Notes: generated by a model from the letters alone, not told the origin. A stretch of DNA of 64,000 nucleotides from Acidobacteriota bacterium (GCA_965209055.1 OZ242374.1:1920001-1984000), one strand, 5' to 3'; shown: positions 47,963 to 57,804, counted from the first letter of the stretch. Translations and numbers: made by a program.

Positions 47963-50152
47963 CTAAGCCCCATCCCATCCCAGGGCACGCCTCAGGAACC
48001 CCACCGCCCGCGCAATGGCGCCCCTCAGACCGAACAGGTCGTGTCCTCCGCCCTCGTAGATGAAGGCCTCGAACGCGGGAGGCTCGCGTCCCAGGGCCTC
48101 CATGGCACGGATCATCGAGTACGCTTGGCTGACGGCGACGGTCTGGTCGGAATCGCCATGGTGCAGCTGGACGGACGGCAGGTCTTCAGCGAACAGGACG
48201 GAGGAGCGGCGCACCAACTCCAGGCGCAGTTCAGCCATTTCGATCTCGCCTCTCAGGTAGGGCTGAACGAAGGTGGAGTCCATGTAGGCCACGCCCGTGA
48301 GCTGGCGCGGACGTCCCAGGGCCGCCTCGCGCACGATTTGCCTCACCCAATCGTCGTAGAAGTCGGTGGGGCCGAAGAAGGCGACGATGTTCTCGATGCG
48401 CTCGTCGCGGATGCCGGCCAGCATGGCGACGCCCGCTCCACGGCTTCCGCCGATGATGCTCACACCTTCGGACTTCGCCTGCGGAGTCAGCTCCAGAGCC
48501 ACGTTCAGTAGCGCCAGGGCGTCGTCCACATCGTAGTCCCAGTGACCGCCGGGGCCGGTCGAAACCCACATCCTGTCGCCATACTCAAGCCGTTCGGTCC
48601 GAAAAGAGGGGATGACGTAGACGAAGCGGTCTCGCAGGTCGCCCAGGAAGTGCCCGATGATATCGACGTCGCCCACGTCGACACCGCTTTCGCCGCCGTG
48701 CAGGTACATCAGGACGGGCAGGGTGCCGGCTGCCGCGGAGTCGGGCACAAGGATCGCCCCGTAGTGGCGCGCCTCCCCGACCTGATGCGACACAATGCGC
48801 AGCATCGCCGGCGTGCCGTTCAGGGAATACGCCTCCGTGAGTTCAACGAACGCGTCAACCGACGAGGTGTCGCGCACGGCCCAGTCTGCTCGAACCGCCT
48901 CGATTTCCGCGGCGTTCGGCGCGGCAAAAATGGCGTCGAGTTCCTCCTCCAGGTCGATGGCGTAGACGTTGACAGCCGCGCCGGCCAGACCGGCGGCGAT
49001 GACGAGCGTCTGGATGCCGGCCTCGGAGCCCATGGTCCACTCCACCTCGACCTCGCCGTTCCCGTCGGTGGCTGCGGTGGAGGGATCCACCCGGCCGCTT
49101 CCCGGCGCTGGCGCAAAGTTCACGGGCACCCCGGCAACGGACCGGCCCGACGGATCGAGAACGCGAACGACCAGGGGCTTGTCCAGGGTGCGCCCGGTGA
49201 ACGCGCGCTTCCCCCCACCTGCCACGATGCGGATCGCAGCCGCCTCGACCCCGTCGCCGATCCTGTCGCATCCCGTCAGGACAGGCTGTCCGTCCGCTCC
49301 TGTCACCGCGATGGGGCAGGTTGCCGCACTCGTGGACGACCACGTCACCGTCGGTGGGGGGAGACGGCCGCCGTCGCGGCCGGGTCCGTCCGGGACGCGA
49401 ATCACCGGCAGCGCCGAGAGTGAAGAGATCTGCTTCCCAAACCGCAGCCCAAGCGGAGCGAAGGGGTTGTCGTCCTCGCTTCGCAGGAACAGGAAACCGC
49501 GAAAGTTCCCCAGGAACTCCGTATCGACTCCTTCCACCGTGAACCATTCCGGGAGCGTCCGCGCCGCCTGGTGGGAATCCCTCCAGGAGACGAACCCGCC
49601 GTTCAAGGGGTCGGTCCCCTCCGCGTCGCGGATTCGGAGTTCGATCCCGGAGGAAGATTCCGGCTTGAAAACGGCGACGCCGGCACCGGAACTCGGCGAT
49701 TCTTCGACGAATAGCGCGAATCGGGATCCCAACTCGACCGGTTTGACGCCGGCTTCGATTCCCGGCGGGGCGTGCCGGTAGATCAACAATCCACCGACTG
49801 TGTCCGCATCGGCCTCGACCTGGATCCAGCCCCGCCGAATGGCTCCTGATCCGGGACTCCCCAGCACTCGGCTGCCCAGGGACGGAATCTCGAAACGGGT
49901 CCCGGAGTCGAAGAATCCCGAAACCTCCCGGCCTTGGGGGTCGTAGGCGGTCACCGCCACCACTGCGTTCCGGCTTGCATCCGGATTGCTGAGCGCCAAC
50001 TGTACGGACCATCCATCCCCGACCACGTAGTCGGGAAAATAGAGCGTTGTCCCGGACGGCGTCACGTTTTCCGGCGCCCGCATGGATCCTGCCGCTGCAG
50101 GCAGGGTGGCCAACAGCAACCCCATCCCGAAACAGGTGCAGAGTTTCTTCAT
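47963..50152 (-). CDS. Secreted modular protein: unrecognised N-terminal module + Ig-like (Big_1) domain + alpha/beta hydrolase
   Basis: Signal peptide MKKLC...AAA, Ig-like VAGVPVNF...TDGNG, hydrolase YLHGG, GGSRG, HGDSDQTV and GGGH. Confidence 0.75.
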   Translation of the reverse strand: MKKLCTCFGMGLLLATLPAAAGSMRAPENVTPSGTTLYFPDYVVGDGWSVQLALSNPDASRNAVVAVTAYDPQGREVSGFFDSGTRFEIPSLGSRVLGSPGSGAIRRGWIQVEADADTVGGLLIYRHAPPGIEAGVKPVELGSRFALFVEESPSSGAGVAVFKPESSSGIELRIRDAEGTDPLNGGFVSWRDSHQAARTLPEWFTVEGVDTEFLGNFRGFLFLRSEDDNPFAPLGLRFGKQISSLSALPVIRVPDGPGRDGGRLPPPTVTWSSTSAATCPIAVTGADGQPVLTGCDRIGDGVEAAAIRIVAGGGKRAFTGRTLDKPLVVRVLDPSGRSVAGVPVNFAPAPGSGRVDPSTAATDGNGEVEVEWTMGSEAGIQTLVIAAGLAGAAVNVYAIDLEEELDAIFAAPNAAEIEAVRADWAVRDTSSVDAFVELTEAYSLNGTPAMLRIVSHQVGEARHYGAILVPDSAAAGTLPVLMYLHGGESGVDVGDVDIIGHFLGDLRDRFVYVIPSFRTERLEYGDRMWVSTGPGGHWDYDVDDALALLNVALELTPQAKSEGVSIIGGSRGAGVAMLAGIRDERIENIVAFFGPTDFYDDWVRQIVREAALGRPRQLTGVAYMDSTFVQPYLRGEIEMAELRLELVRRSSVLFAEDLPSVQLHHGDSDQTVAVSQAYSMIRAMEALGREPPAFEAFIYEGGGHDLFGLRGAIARAVGFLRRALGWDGA

Positions 50153-50223
50153 GGAAAACGCTACTGCTTTGAAAAAGGAGGTGACTCTCAATTGCCGAGT
50201 CCTCGTCGTCAAGTTGGCGCATT

Positions 50224-50253
50224 GGAGTTCGGCGGTAAGAAAGCCGGCGCTCC
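50224..50253. repeat. Degenerate hairpin repeat (tag on the minus strand)
   Basis: GGAGTTCGGCGGTAAGAAAGCCGGCGCTCC, similar to the copies at 39422 and 52301. Confidence 0.7.
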
Positions 50254-50265
50254 TTGGGCGGCACA

Positions 50266-51456
50266 TCACACCTTGTCGGGTCGGACGATCGCATCTTGCA
50301 ACGGTGTGGTGACCTCCGGTCCTTCTTCCCCCATGTAGACGTTGATCTCGCTCCGGATGCCGAAGTCGTCCAGGTAGACGCCCGGCTCGATGGTGCAGAG
50401 GACCCCCGGGATCAGCCGGCGTGTGTCGTGGGTCTCCAGGTTGTCGAAGTTGACCCCGTTGCCATGGATCTCCTCTCCCAGGCTGTGACCGGTGCGGTGG
50501 ACGAACGCCTCGCCGTACCCCAGGCCGGCGATGGTCCGTCTCACCGCGTCGTCGACCTCCCACCCTTGCGGCAGCTCGCCTGCGGCCCGGCGCCGTTGAA
50601 GGAACTCGACTCCCGCGTCCCGCCCCCGGCGGACCACCTCGAACACCCGTCTCATCCGCTCGTCCGGCGTCCCGCCGAAAAAGGCGGTCCAGGTGATGTC
50701 GGCGAAGACGGACCCGGGAGTGTCCGTCTTCGCCCAGAGATCGATGAGGAGCAGGTCTCCGGCGTTGATCCGCGTGACCTTTCCCGACGCGGTCTCGTAG
50801 TGGGGATCGCCGCTGTGTTGGTTGACCGCCACGATGGGGCCCGAATCGGTCACCAGATTCCGGTCCCGGAACCGTTTCAGGATGTAGTCGCGGACTTCCG
50901 CTTCACTGGAGCTGCCGCGCCGCCGGATTGCGGACGAAGCGAAGCGGAAGGCGTCGAGCACGATGGCGGAGACGGCCCGGGACGCCCGGTGGTGTTCCCG
51001 CAGTTGGCCGGGAGCCAGGACGGCCTCGAAGGACTGGACCAGGTCCGCCGATGAGGTCACCGTCTTGCCCAGGCCCCGAACCAGCTCGATGGTGCCGGCG
51101 TCCACCTTGGAGACGTAGGGGATGGCCCCCTCGGGAGAGTACTGCATGGCCACGCTGGAGAACTCTTTCAGCATCTCCCCGAGCCCCGATTCCAGGTCCT
51201 GCCAGCGCAGGTAGACGAGTTTCTTCCCGGGAAGGTGATCCAGCATGGAGGACTCGATCCGGTGCACCAGCTTGGTGGGGGTCCCTTGGGCAGGGACCAG
51301 ATAGAACCAGCGCCTGGTGGAATGCCGCGACTCGTGGATGCCCAGGATCCGGTTGGCCAAAGGGTCCGTGAAACGGAAGTCGTAAAAGAGCCAGGCGGGG
51401 ACGCCGAGCCGTTTGAGGGACTCCTGAATTCGCCCGGCCAGAGAAGCGTCATTCAT
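50266..51456 (-). CDS. M24 family Xaa-Pro peptidase
   Basis: LIDLW, ADITW, HRTGH, TIEPGVY and GIRSE. The real start is MNDASL inside the 1608-aa shadow ORF. Confidence 0.9.
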   Translation of the reverse strand: MNDASLAGRIQESLKRLGVPAWLFYDFRFTDPLANRILGIHESRHSTRRWFYLVPAQGTPTKLVHRIESSMLDHLPGKKLVYLRWQDLESGLGEMLKEFSSVAMQYSPEGAIPYVSKVDAGTIELVRGLGKTVTSSADLVQSFEAVLAPGQLREHHRASRAVSAIVLDAFRFASSAIRRRGSSSEAEVRDYILKRFRDRNLVTDSGPIVAVNQHSGDPHYETASGKVTRINAGDLLLIDLWAKTDTPGSVFADITWTAFFGGTPDERMRRVFEVVRRGRDAGVEFLQRRRAAGELPQGWEVDDAVRRTIAGLGYGEAFVHRTGHSLGEEIHGNGVNFDNLETHDTRRLIPGVLCTIEPGVYLDDFGIRSEINVYMGEEGPEVTTPLQDAIVRPDKV

Positions 51457-51461
51457 GGTTC

Positions 51462-52193
51462 TCACCCCACCTGCCGATAACTCTCGACGACGGTCCGCCG
51501 GACCTGCCGGGACAGGGCGTCGAGCTTCAGGTTGCGGTAACTGTTCCTTGGGATCGGCTGGTGGATGATGATCTCCATCTCCCCCGGCCGGATCAACACC
51601 GACCCCCGGGGCAGGCGGCGGTGAGATCCCACGATGGTCACCGGGACGATTGCAGCGCCGGTCTGGCGCGCCAGCAGGAAGCTGCCCCTCTTGAAGGGGG
51701 CGACCGTCTCGCCCCAGGTCCGCATCCCCTCGGGAAAGATGACCATGGAGGCGCCGGAACGAATCTGGTCGCCCGCGGCGCGGAAGGCCCGAAGCGTCTT
51801 CCGGGGACTCCGGCGGTCCACGCGGATGTAGCCCGCTCGCTTCAGATGCCAACCCACGAACGGCCACTGGAACAGAGAGGCCTTGGCCACGAACCTGAAG
51901 TCGAAGGGCAGCCGGCCCAGAATGGCGAAAATGTCGAACATGCTCAGGTGGTTGGAGGCGAAGAGGTACGCGCCCTCCGGATCCAACTTCTCCAGCCCCC
52001 GAACCTGGACCTGAACCCGGGAGATTCGCAGGACCATCCGGCTCCAGAGTCGCGCACACGAACTCTGCCGTTTCCCCCCCTCGGCGCCCAATGACAGGAT
52101 CAGGCCCAGCGTCGCCATGACGGCGGTGAGAGACAGGATGAGAGGGACCCGCCAGATCGCATTGACGCAAGCCAGCGCGGACATGGACGCCAT
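51462..52193 (-). CDS. plsC: 1-acyl-sn-glycerol-3-phosphate acyltransferase
   Basis: SNHLSMFD, FPEGMRT and PFKRG. Confidence 0.85.
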   Translation of the reverse strand: MASMSALACVNAIWRVPLILSLTAVMATLGLILSLGAEGGKRQSSCARLWSRMVLRISRVQVQVRGLEKLDPEGAYLFASNHLSMFDIFAILGRLPFDFRFVAKASLFQWPFVGWHLKRAGYIRVDRRSPRKTLRAFRAAGDQIRSGASMVIFPEGMRTWGETVAPFKRGSFLLARQTGAAIVPVTIVGSHRRLPRGSVLIRPGEMEIIIHQPIPRNSYRNLKLDALSRQVRRTVVESYRQVG

Positions 52194-52300
52194 CGTAGTG
52201 GACGACCCCTCCCCCCGGCAAGAAGTCGTGTTGCAATGTCCTCGGAACGCATCCGGCCGCCATTGTTTGCCGCCACCGGTTCAGGGGCGGCGGTGCGACC

Positions 52301-52329
52301 GGAGTTCGGCGGTTGGAATCCGCCGCTCC
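52301..52329. repeat. Hairpin repeat (tag on the minus strand)
   Basis: GGAGTTCGGCGGTTGGAATCCGCCGCTCC just upstream of polA. Confidence 0.8.
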
Positions 52330-52347
52330 TGGTAAGATCAGTGGGCT

Positions 52348-54942
52348 GTGCCCGCTCCTCGACTCTACCTCATCGACGGCATGTCCCAGTTCTACCGGGC
52401 CTATTACGCCATCCGGAGGCTGACCAACCGGGAGGGGCTTCCCACCGGCGCCGTCTTCGGGTTCACCAACATGCTCCGCAAGCTGGTCGAGGACGAGCAC
52501 CCGGACTATCTGGCCGTGGCCATGGATCTCCCCGGGCCCACGGTCCGGCACGAACAGTTTCCCGACTACAAGGCGACCCGGCCTCCCATGCCGGAGGACC
52601 TGTCGCGGCAGATCCCCTATCTCCATCGGGTGTGCCGGGTCTTTCGGGTGCCCATGCTCTCCCACCCGGGATACGAGGCGGACGACATCATCGCCACCGT
52701 CACCCGGCAGGCGGATGAATCCGGGTTGGAGGTGGTCATCGTCAGCGTCGACAAGGACCTGTTCCAGATCGTGGGCTCGAACGTCACGATTCTCGATACC
52801 CGGACCATGACCCGGTTCGATCCGGCCGGGGTGGAGAAGAAATTCGGGGTCGCTCCCCACCAGTTGGGCGACCTCCTGAGTCTGGTCGGCGACACCTCCG
52901 ACAACATCCCGGGGGCCAAGGGAATCGGCGCGAAGGGGGCCGTGCAACTGCTCCGGACCTATGGAGACCTGGAAAACCTGCTGGCCCACAGGGACGAGGT
53001 CAGGCGCAAGACCTATCGGGAGAGTCTCCAGCAGAACGAAGCCGTGGTCCGGCAGAGCCGCGAGCTGGTGCGGATGTACGATCGGATTCCTCTGGATCTT
53101 GACCTGGAGACCCTCAGGGTTGCGGAACCGGACCCGGACAAGGCCCGGGAGCTCTTCCTGGAGCTGAACTTCACCAGGCTCCTGGAGGAGTTCCTGCCCG
53201 AACCGGAGACGGCCGGCGGCGAATACGAGCGTTACGAGAGCGGCTCGCAGTTGGACGCCCTCATGACCCGGTTGAAGGGGGCCGAGGCCGGCTTGGCGTT
53301 GCTTCCCGGCGCCACCGGGGAAACGCCGGTCCAGGGCATCGGCGTCTCGACGGGACAGGGGCAGGGGATTCACCTGCCTGGCGACCTGCTTGAGAGTGAC
53401 TCCAACCGCCTCCTCGCCGTCCTGAACCGGCCCAAACGGTGGATCATCCACGATTTGAAGCCTCTGCTCATGCTCGCCGGCAGACAGGGTTGGCAGTTGA
53501 AGCCCCAGTTTGCCGATACCCGTCTCATGGCCTACCTGTTGACGCCCAACCAGAACGATTTCTCGTTGAAACGCCTGGCGACCCAGCGTCTCCAGACCCG
53601 GCTGGCCGAGTCCGGCGCAGGCCTCTTCCCGGATGAAGAGGAACTGCTGGCCCGGTCGGCCGACCTGACCGTGCGGCTCTTCCGGGTGCTGGAGGCGGAC
53701 GTGAGAACTCACGGGTTGGAGGATCTGCTCACCGAGGTGGAGATACCCCTGGTCGGGGTGCTCGCCGACATGGAGGCCGCCGGCGTGAAGGTGGACCGGG
53801 AAATGCTCGAGTCCATGTCCCGCCGAATGGGCCGGGAGATCCAGGTTCTGGCGGACCGCGTTACCGAACTGGCCGGGGAGAAGTTCAACCTCAACTCTCC
53901 CAAGCAGTTGGGGACGATCCTGTTCGAGAAGCTGGGACTCCCTCCACCCAAGAAGACTCCCAAGGCGAAGCACTACTCCACCGGGGTCGAGGTTCTGCAG
54001 CGGCTGGCCGGCGAGCACGAGATCGCCGGGCGCATCCTCGAATACCGGGAACAGACCAAGCTGAAGAATACCTATCTGGACGCGCTGCCCGGGCTGGTCG
54101 ATTCCGATTCGGGAAGGATCCACACCTCCTACAACCAGATGGTGGCGGCGACGGGGCGCCTCTCGTCCAGCGACCCCAACCTCCAGAACATCCCCATCAA
54201 GACGGAACTGGGCCGGAAGATCCGGCGAGCCTTCGTGGCCGAGGAGGGGTACCGGCTCTTGGCGGCCGACTACTCCCAGATCGAGCTGCGAGTCATGGCC
54301 CACCTGTCCGAGGATCCCGTCCTGGTGGAGGCTTTCCGCCAGGGAGAGGACATCCATGACCGGACCGCGGCCGAAGTCCTGGGGGAGCGTACCGATCTGA
54401 CTCCCCGGGAACGTCGCCGCTACGCCAAGATCATCAATTTCGGGATCCTCTACGGGGTCAGCGCCTTTGGCCTGGCCCGGAATCTGGAGATCGGACGGTG
54501 GGAGGCCAAGCGTCTCATCGACGAGTACTTCGAACGTTACCAGGGCGTCAAGCGCTGGTCGGAAGCAACGCTCGCCGAGGCCTACGAGACGGGCTGCGTA
54601 CGAACCCTGTTCGGCCGCATCCGCCAGATACCGGAGCTCAAGAGCAAGAACTGGAACCTCAGGAGCTTCGGAGAGCGGACCGCCGTCAACGCCCCCATCC
54701 AGGGCACGGCCGCGGACCTGATCAAGAAGGCCATGGTCTCGACCCACCGCTCCCTTTCCCGAAGAGGGCTCTCCAGCCGGCTCATCCTGCAGGTGCACGA
54801 CGAACTGGTGGCGGAGGTGCTGGAAGCGGAGATGGACGAAGTCCGGGAACTGGTCCGGGAGAAGATGGAAGGGGTGGCCGCCCTGCGGGTGCCGCTGAAA
54901 GTGGACATGGCCACCGGCCAATCCTGGTACGAAGCCAAGTGA
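52348..54942 (+). CDS. polA: DNA polymerase I
   Basis: 5'-exonuclease (LIDG, EADD, GDTSDNIPG), TGRLSSSDPNLQNIP, DYSQIELR and QVHDE. Confidence 0.97.
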   Translation: MPAPRLYLIDGMSQFYRAYYAIRRLTNREGLPTGAVFGFTNMLRKLVEDEHPDYLAVAMDLPGPTVRHEQFPDYKATRPPMPEDLSRQIPYLHRVCRVFRVPMLSHPGYEADDIIATVTRQADESGLEVVIVSVDKDLFQIVGSNVTILDTRTMTRFDPAGVEKKFGVAPHQLGDLLSLVGDTSDNIPGAKGIGAKGAVQLLRTYGDLENLLAHRDEVRRKTYRESLQQNEAVVRQSRELVRMYDRIPLDLDLETLRVAEPDPDKARELFLELNFTRLLEEFLPEPETAGGEYERYESGSQLDALMTRLKGAEAGLALLPGATGETPVQGIGVSTGQGQGIHLPGDLLESDSNRLLAVLNRPKRWIIHDLKPLLMLAGRQGWQLKPQFADTRLMAYLLTPNQNDFSLKRLATQRLQTRLAESGAGLFPDEEELLARSADLTVRLFRVLEADVRTHGLEDLLTEVEIPLVGVLADMEAAGVKVDREMLESMSRRMGREIQVLADRVTELAGEKFNLNSPKQLGTILFEKLGLPPPKKTPKAKHYSTGVEVLQRLAGEHEIAGRILEYREQTKLKNTYLDALPGLVDSDSGRIHTSYNQMVAATGRLSSSDPNLQNIPIKTELGRKIRRAFVAEEGYRLLAADYSQIELRVMAHLSEDPVLVEAFRQGEDIHDRTAAEVLGERTDLTPRERRRYAKIINFGILYGVSAFGLARNLEIGRWEAKRLIDEYFERYQGVKRWSEATLAEAYETGCVRTLFGRIRQIPELKSKNWNLRSFGERTAVNAPIQGTAADLIKKAMVSTHRSLSRRGLSSRLILQVHDELVAEVLEAEMDEVRELVREKMEGVAALRVPLKVDMATGQSWYEAK

Positions 54943-54943
54943 A

Positions 54944-55063
54944 GGAGCGGCGGTTTTCCTACCGCCGAATAGGACCGGCGACTTTCCTGTCGCCGGGAGC
55001 GGCGACATTCCTGTCGCCGAAAGAGGCGATTGGCGGGACGATAGTCCCCCCTTTACACTTTCC
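54944..55063. repeat. Cluster of four hairpin units
   Basis: GGAGCGGCGGTTTTCCTACCGCCG, two copies of CGGCGAC(T/A)TTCCTGTCGCCG, then ...AGTCCCCCCTTTACACTTTCC. Confidence 0.85.
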
Positions 55064-55099
55064 TCCACACTTCCCTCCCGCCAAATCACCAAAAATCAA

Positions 55100-55136
55100 A
55101 TTTGTTTGGAACAAATCGCCCCTTTCTGCCGTCTTA
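55100..55136 (+). promoter_or_regulatory. Putative ECF-type autoregulatory promoter
   Basis: GGAAC(55108-55112)-N17-CGTCTTA. The inverted repeat ATTTGTT-N3-AACAAAT overlaps the -35. Confidence 0.6.
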
Positions 55137-55158
55137 GTTAGAAAGGGAGGTTGAAAAA

Positions 55159-55743
55159 TTGGCCACCACTCTGACATTCGCCGATAACGCCCTCATCGTC
55201 GCCTATCTGAAGGGCGATGATTACGCCTTCAAGGTTCTGGTAGACCGCTATCAGGACCGGCTTGTCAACTACATCTACAACCTTATCCGCGACTACGATC
55301 AGGCCGTGGACATCTCCCAGGAAACCTTCATCCGGGTTTTCCGTCACGCTCACCGGTACAAGGGCAACTACCAGTTCTCGACCTGGATCTACAGGATCGC
55401 CACCAACCTCGCTCTGGACGAGATGCGGCGGCGAAAACGGAAGGGTTTCTTTCTGACCCAGCGGCTCTTCGGCAACTCCGAACAGGGGGAGACGGAGATT
55501 CAGGTCAGCGACAACCGGCCGTCGCCCGAAGCCCATCTGGGGAGCAAGGAGAAGGCCCGGTTGCTGCGCACCGCCATCGATTCGCTGCCCCCGCGGTATC
55601 GCCTGGTATTCGTTCTCAAGGAGGTCCAGGAGCTGTCGCTGGAGGAGACGGGCAACGTGCTGAACCTGCGGGTGGGGACCGTCAAATCGAGGCTTCACCG
55701 GGCCAAACGGATCTTGCGGGACAAGCTTTCCAGATTTCTATGA
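55159..55743 (+). CDS. ECF RNA polymerase sigma factor
   Basis: DISQETFIRV, FSTWIYRIATN and GTVKSRLHRA. GGAGG RBS with TTG start. Confidence 0.93.
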   Translation: MATTLTFADNALIVAYLKGDDYAFKVLVDRYQDRLVNYIYNLIRDYDQAVDISQETFIRVFRHAHRYKGNYQFSTWIYRIATNLALDEMRRRKRKGFFLTQRLFGNSEQGETEIQVSDNRPSPEAHLGSKEKARLLRTAIDSLPPRYRLVFVLKEVQELSLEETGNVLNLRVGTVKSRLHRAKRILRDKLSRFL

Positions 55744-56294
55744 ACTGCCGGGAGATCGAAGAAAAACTTCTGGATGAGGGGACGAACGTCCGGGATTCCA
55801 GGATCCTGTCCCACCTTCATGAATGCTCCGGTTGCCGCGGACTCTATGAGGACCTCGCGGGCCTGGAGAAAATGAATCGTTCTCTCAGACGGGGGGTGAA
55901 AGCGCCGCCGGACTTCTACCGCAAGATTGCGGGAGGTTCCATGTCCGGCGGTGACTTGGGACGCCTGGTTCTGGGAGGGCTGGCTTCGGTGATGCTGTTC
56001 GTGACCAGCGGGGCTGTGGTTCCAACGGAGTCGGCCGAGCATTCCGGCGGCGGTGAGCGCCCGGCCTTGGAGTCGCGGCGGTCGGAGAGTTCCCGGGATC
56101 GACTCCGGAACCGTCCGGGTCGAGAAAATCTTCACCGTTGGGTCAAGGAAGACCAGCCGGCGGCCTCCTCCTACGTCGAGCTTCGAGTGGAGGACTCTTC
56201 CGGCACGCCGGTTCTGGTCCGGGTGCCCCGCACCGTCGAGGTGCGCACCAGCGACCTGCATCACGGACTCTACTGGCAACGGGTCAGCCATTAG
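55740..56294 (+). CDS. Zinc-binding (HxxxCxxC) membrane anti-sigma factor
   Basis: MNC...HLHECSGC, one TM segment, ATGA overlap with the sigma gene. Confidence 0.8.
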   Translation: MNCREIEEKLLDEGTNVRDSRILSHLHECSGCRGLYEDLAGLEKMNRSLRRGVKAPPDFYRKIAGGSMSGGDLGRLVLGGLASVMLFVTSGAVVPTESAEHSGGGERPALESRRSESSRDRLRNRPGRENLHRWVKEDQPAASSYVELRVEDSSGTPVLVRVPRTVEVRTSDLHHGLYWQRVSH

Positions 56295-56313
56295 GAACTA
56301 GCCGCTGGTTCGA

Positions 56314-57723
56314 TTGGATCCCATGGCCTCCGTTGTCTTCGGCGAAACCAATCTCCTGAATCGCTCAAAAAGGCCGGCTCGCCGGATGTCCTCCTGGTTG
56401 GCGCCGGTCGTGATTCTGGCTCTGGTCTGCCCTCTTGCCGTTGATGCCGCACCGTCCGAACCGGTCCGGGACTCGCTGGTCCGGATCTCCTTGAAACGTC
56501 AATTCCACGGCGTCGTTTTCCGGGACGGGCTGCTGCCTGGTGTCCAGGTTCACGAGAAGATCCTGTTGGAAGGGGCTTATCTCGACTCCGGCCACATCGT
56601 CTCCTATCTGGGCAGCCACGGAATCGATCTGGACCACCCGACCGTGGAGATCGTTCTGAGGCCGGGAGAGGAGGGTCAGGCCCCACTTCGGCTGGTGGGG
56701 GTGGACGAACGGATCAGCCTGGCGGTTCTGGAACACGCCGCTTCTTCCCCCTCGGCCCGGTCCGCGCCGAGCGATTCCAATCCGAACCAGGTCCACATGG
56801 CCTACGCGGGAGAGTCCGGCTGGAACCTCCTCTCCTGCAAGACTCTCCGCTGGGAACCGGTACGGACAGGCCCCGGCAGGACAGTCCTGTTGCGGCCCCG
56901 GGATGCGCCGCGCGAGGCGGACCTCTGGGAGGGCGGATTCCTGCTGGATCTCAACCAGCGAGTCCTGGGGCTGGTGACCCGCGTGAGCCGTCATCCGTTG
57001 GGGCGGAGTCTCAATTGCCGGTTTCTCCCCTGGTCGATGGTGCGCGAGTCCGCCCGGCAGGTGGTATCCAGAAACGGTCACATTCGTTCGGGTTGGCTGG
57101 GAGTCTATGTAACAGGCGGGGACGGCGGACCGGTGATCGACGGGATCGAGCCCGGAAGCCCGGCGGCTCTCGCCGGACTTCAATCGGGGGACGTGATATT
57201 GAAGGCGGGTGAGGTCGAAGCTCCGTCCCTGGAGGGTCTGCTGCAGGCCATCCGCCGGAACGAACCCGGATCACAGCTGGATCTGGTGGTGCGCCGGGGA
57301 GACGCGACCAGAGAAGTCGAGGCGACGTTGGCCCTGAGGCCGCCCCTGCATTCTCATCTGGCTTGGCGGATGGAGTTGCCCGGCGTCGTCGGCGGCCGTT
57401 TGATCGAGGAGATGTTTCTGCAGAGGGTGCTGGTGCCGATTCCACCCGGTCTGGGACTCGTGGTCGATCCCTGGGTGCCCGATGGCGCGGGAGGCGTTTC
57501 AGGCTCCATCGACAGAGGACTCCGGGTAAGATCGGTGGGAACCCGGAGCATCGGATACCGGGCGGGTCTCCGCAGTGGGGATATCCTGATCCGGATCAAC
57601 GACCAGCCGGTGGGATCATCGGGCGACCTGCGCCGTTACTCCCGGGCGGGTGTGGATGGATTCCTGATTCTCCATTATCTTCGGGGGGGCCAGCTTCGAA
57701 CCTTCCGCCTCCGGCTGCCTTGA
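56314..57723 (+). CDS. HtrA/DegP-like protein with two PDZ domains and a degenerate protease domain; start uncertain
   Basis: GWLGV, PGSPAALAGLQSGDVI and AGLRSGDILIRIND. The trypsin-like scaffold lacks recognisable catalytic motifs. Confidence 0.7.
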   Translation: MDPMASVVFGETNLLNRSKRPARRMSSWLAPVVILALVCPLAVDAAPSEPVRDSLVRISLKRQFHGVVFRDGLLPGVQVHEKILLEGAYLDSGHIVSYLGSHGIDLDHPTVEIVLRPGEEGQAPLRLVGVDERISLAVLEHAASSPSARSAPSDSNPNQVHMAYAGESGWNLLSCKTLRWEPVRTGPGRTVLLRPRDAPREADLWEGGFLLDLNQRVLGLVTRVSRHPLGRSLNCRFLPWSMVRESARQVVSRNGHIRSGWLGVYVTGGDGGPVIDGIEPGSPAALAGLQSGDVILKAGEVEAPSLEGLLQAIRRNEPGSQLDLVVRRGDATREVEATLALRPPLHSHLAWRMELPGVVGGRLIEEMFLQRVLVPIPPGLGLVVDPWVPDGAGGVSGSIDRGLRVRSVGTRSIGYRAGLRSGDILIRINDQPVGSSGDLRRYSRAGVDGFLILHYLRGGQLRTFRLRLP

Positions 57724-57724
57724 C

Positions 57725-57747
57725 GGAGCGGCGGTTTCCAACCGCCG
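57725..57747. repeat. GGAG-tagged hairpin
   Basis: GGAGCGGCGGTTTCCAACCGCCG right after the stop codon. Confidence 0.8.
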
Positions 57748-57804
57748 GCCGCGAAGCGGCAGCCGAGCGGCAGCAAAACATAACCCGGCAAGTTTGCAAA
57801 AACC

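Noticed and set aside
50266-55092. 1608-aa ORF on the minus strand
   Set aside because: Shadow frame antisense to polA and out of frame over plsC. Only its last 396 aa (M24 peptidase) look real.
57748-57804. LexA/SOS box upstream of uvrA
   Set aside because: No convincing palindromic or direct-repeat box seen.
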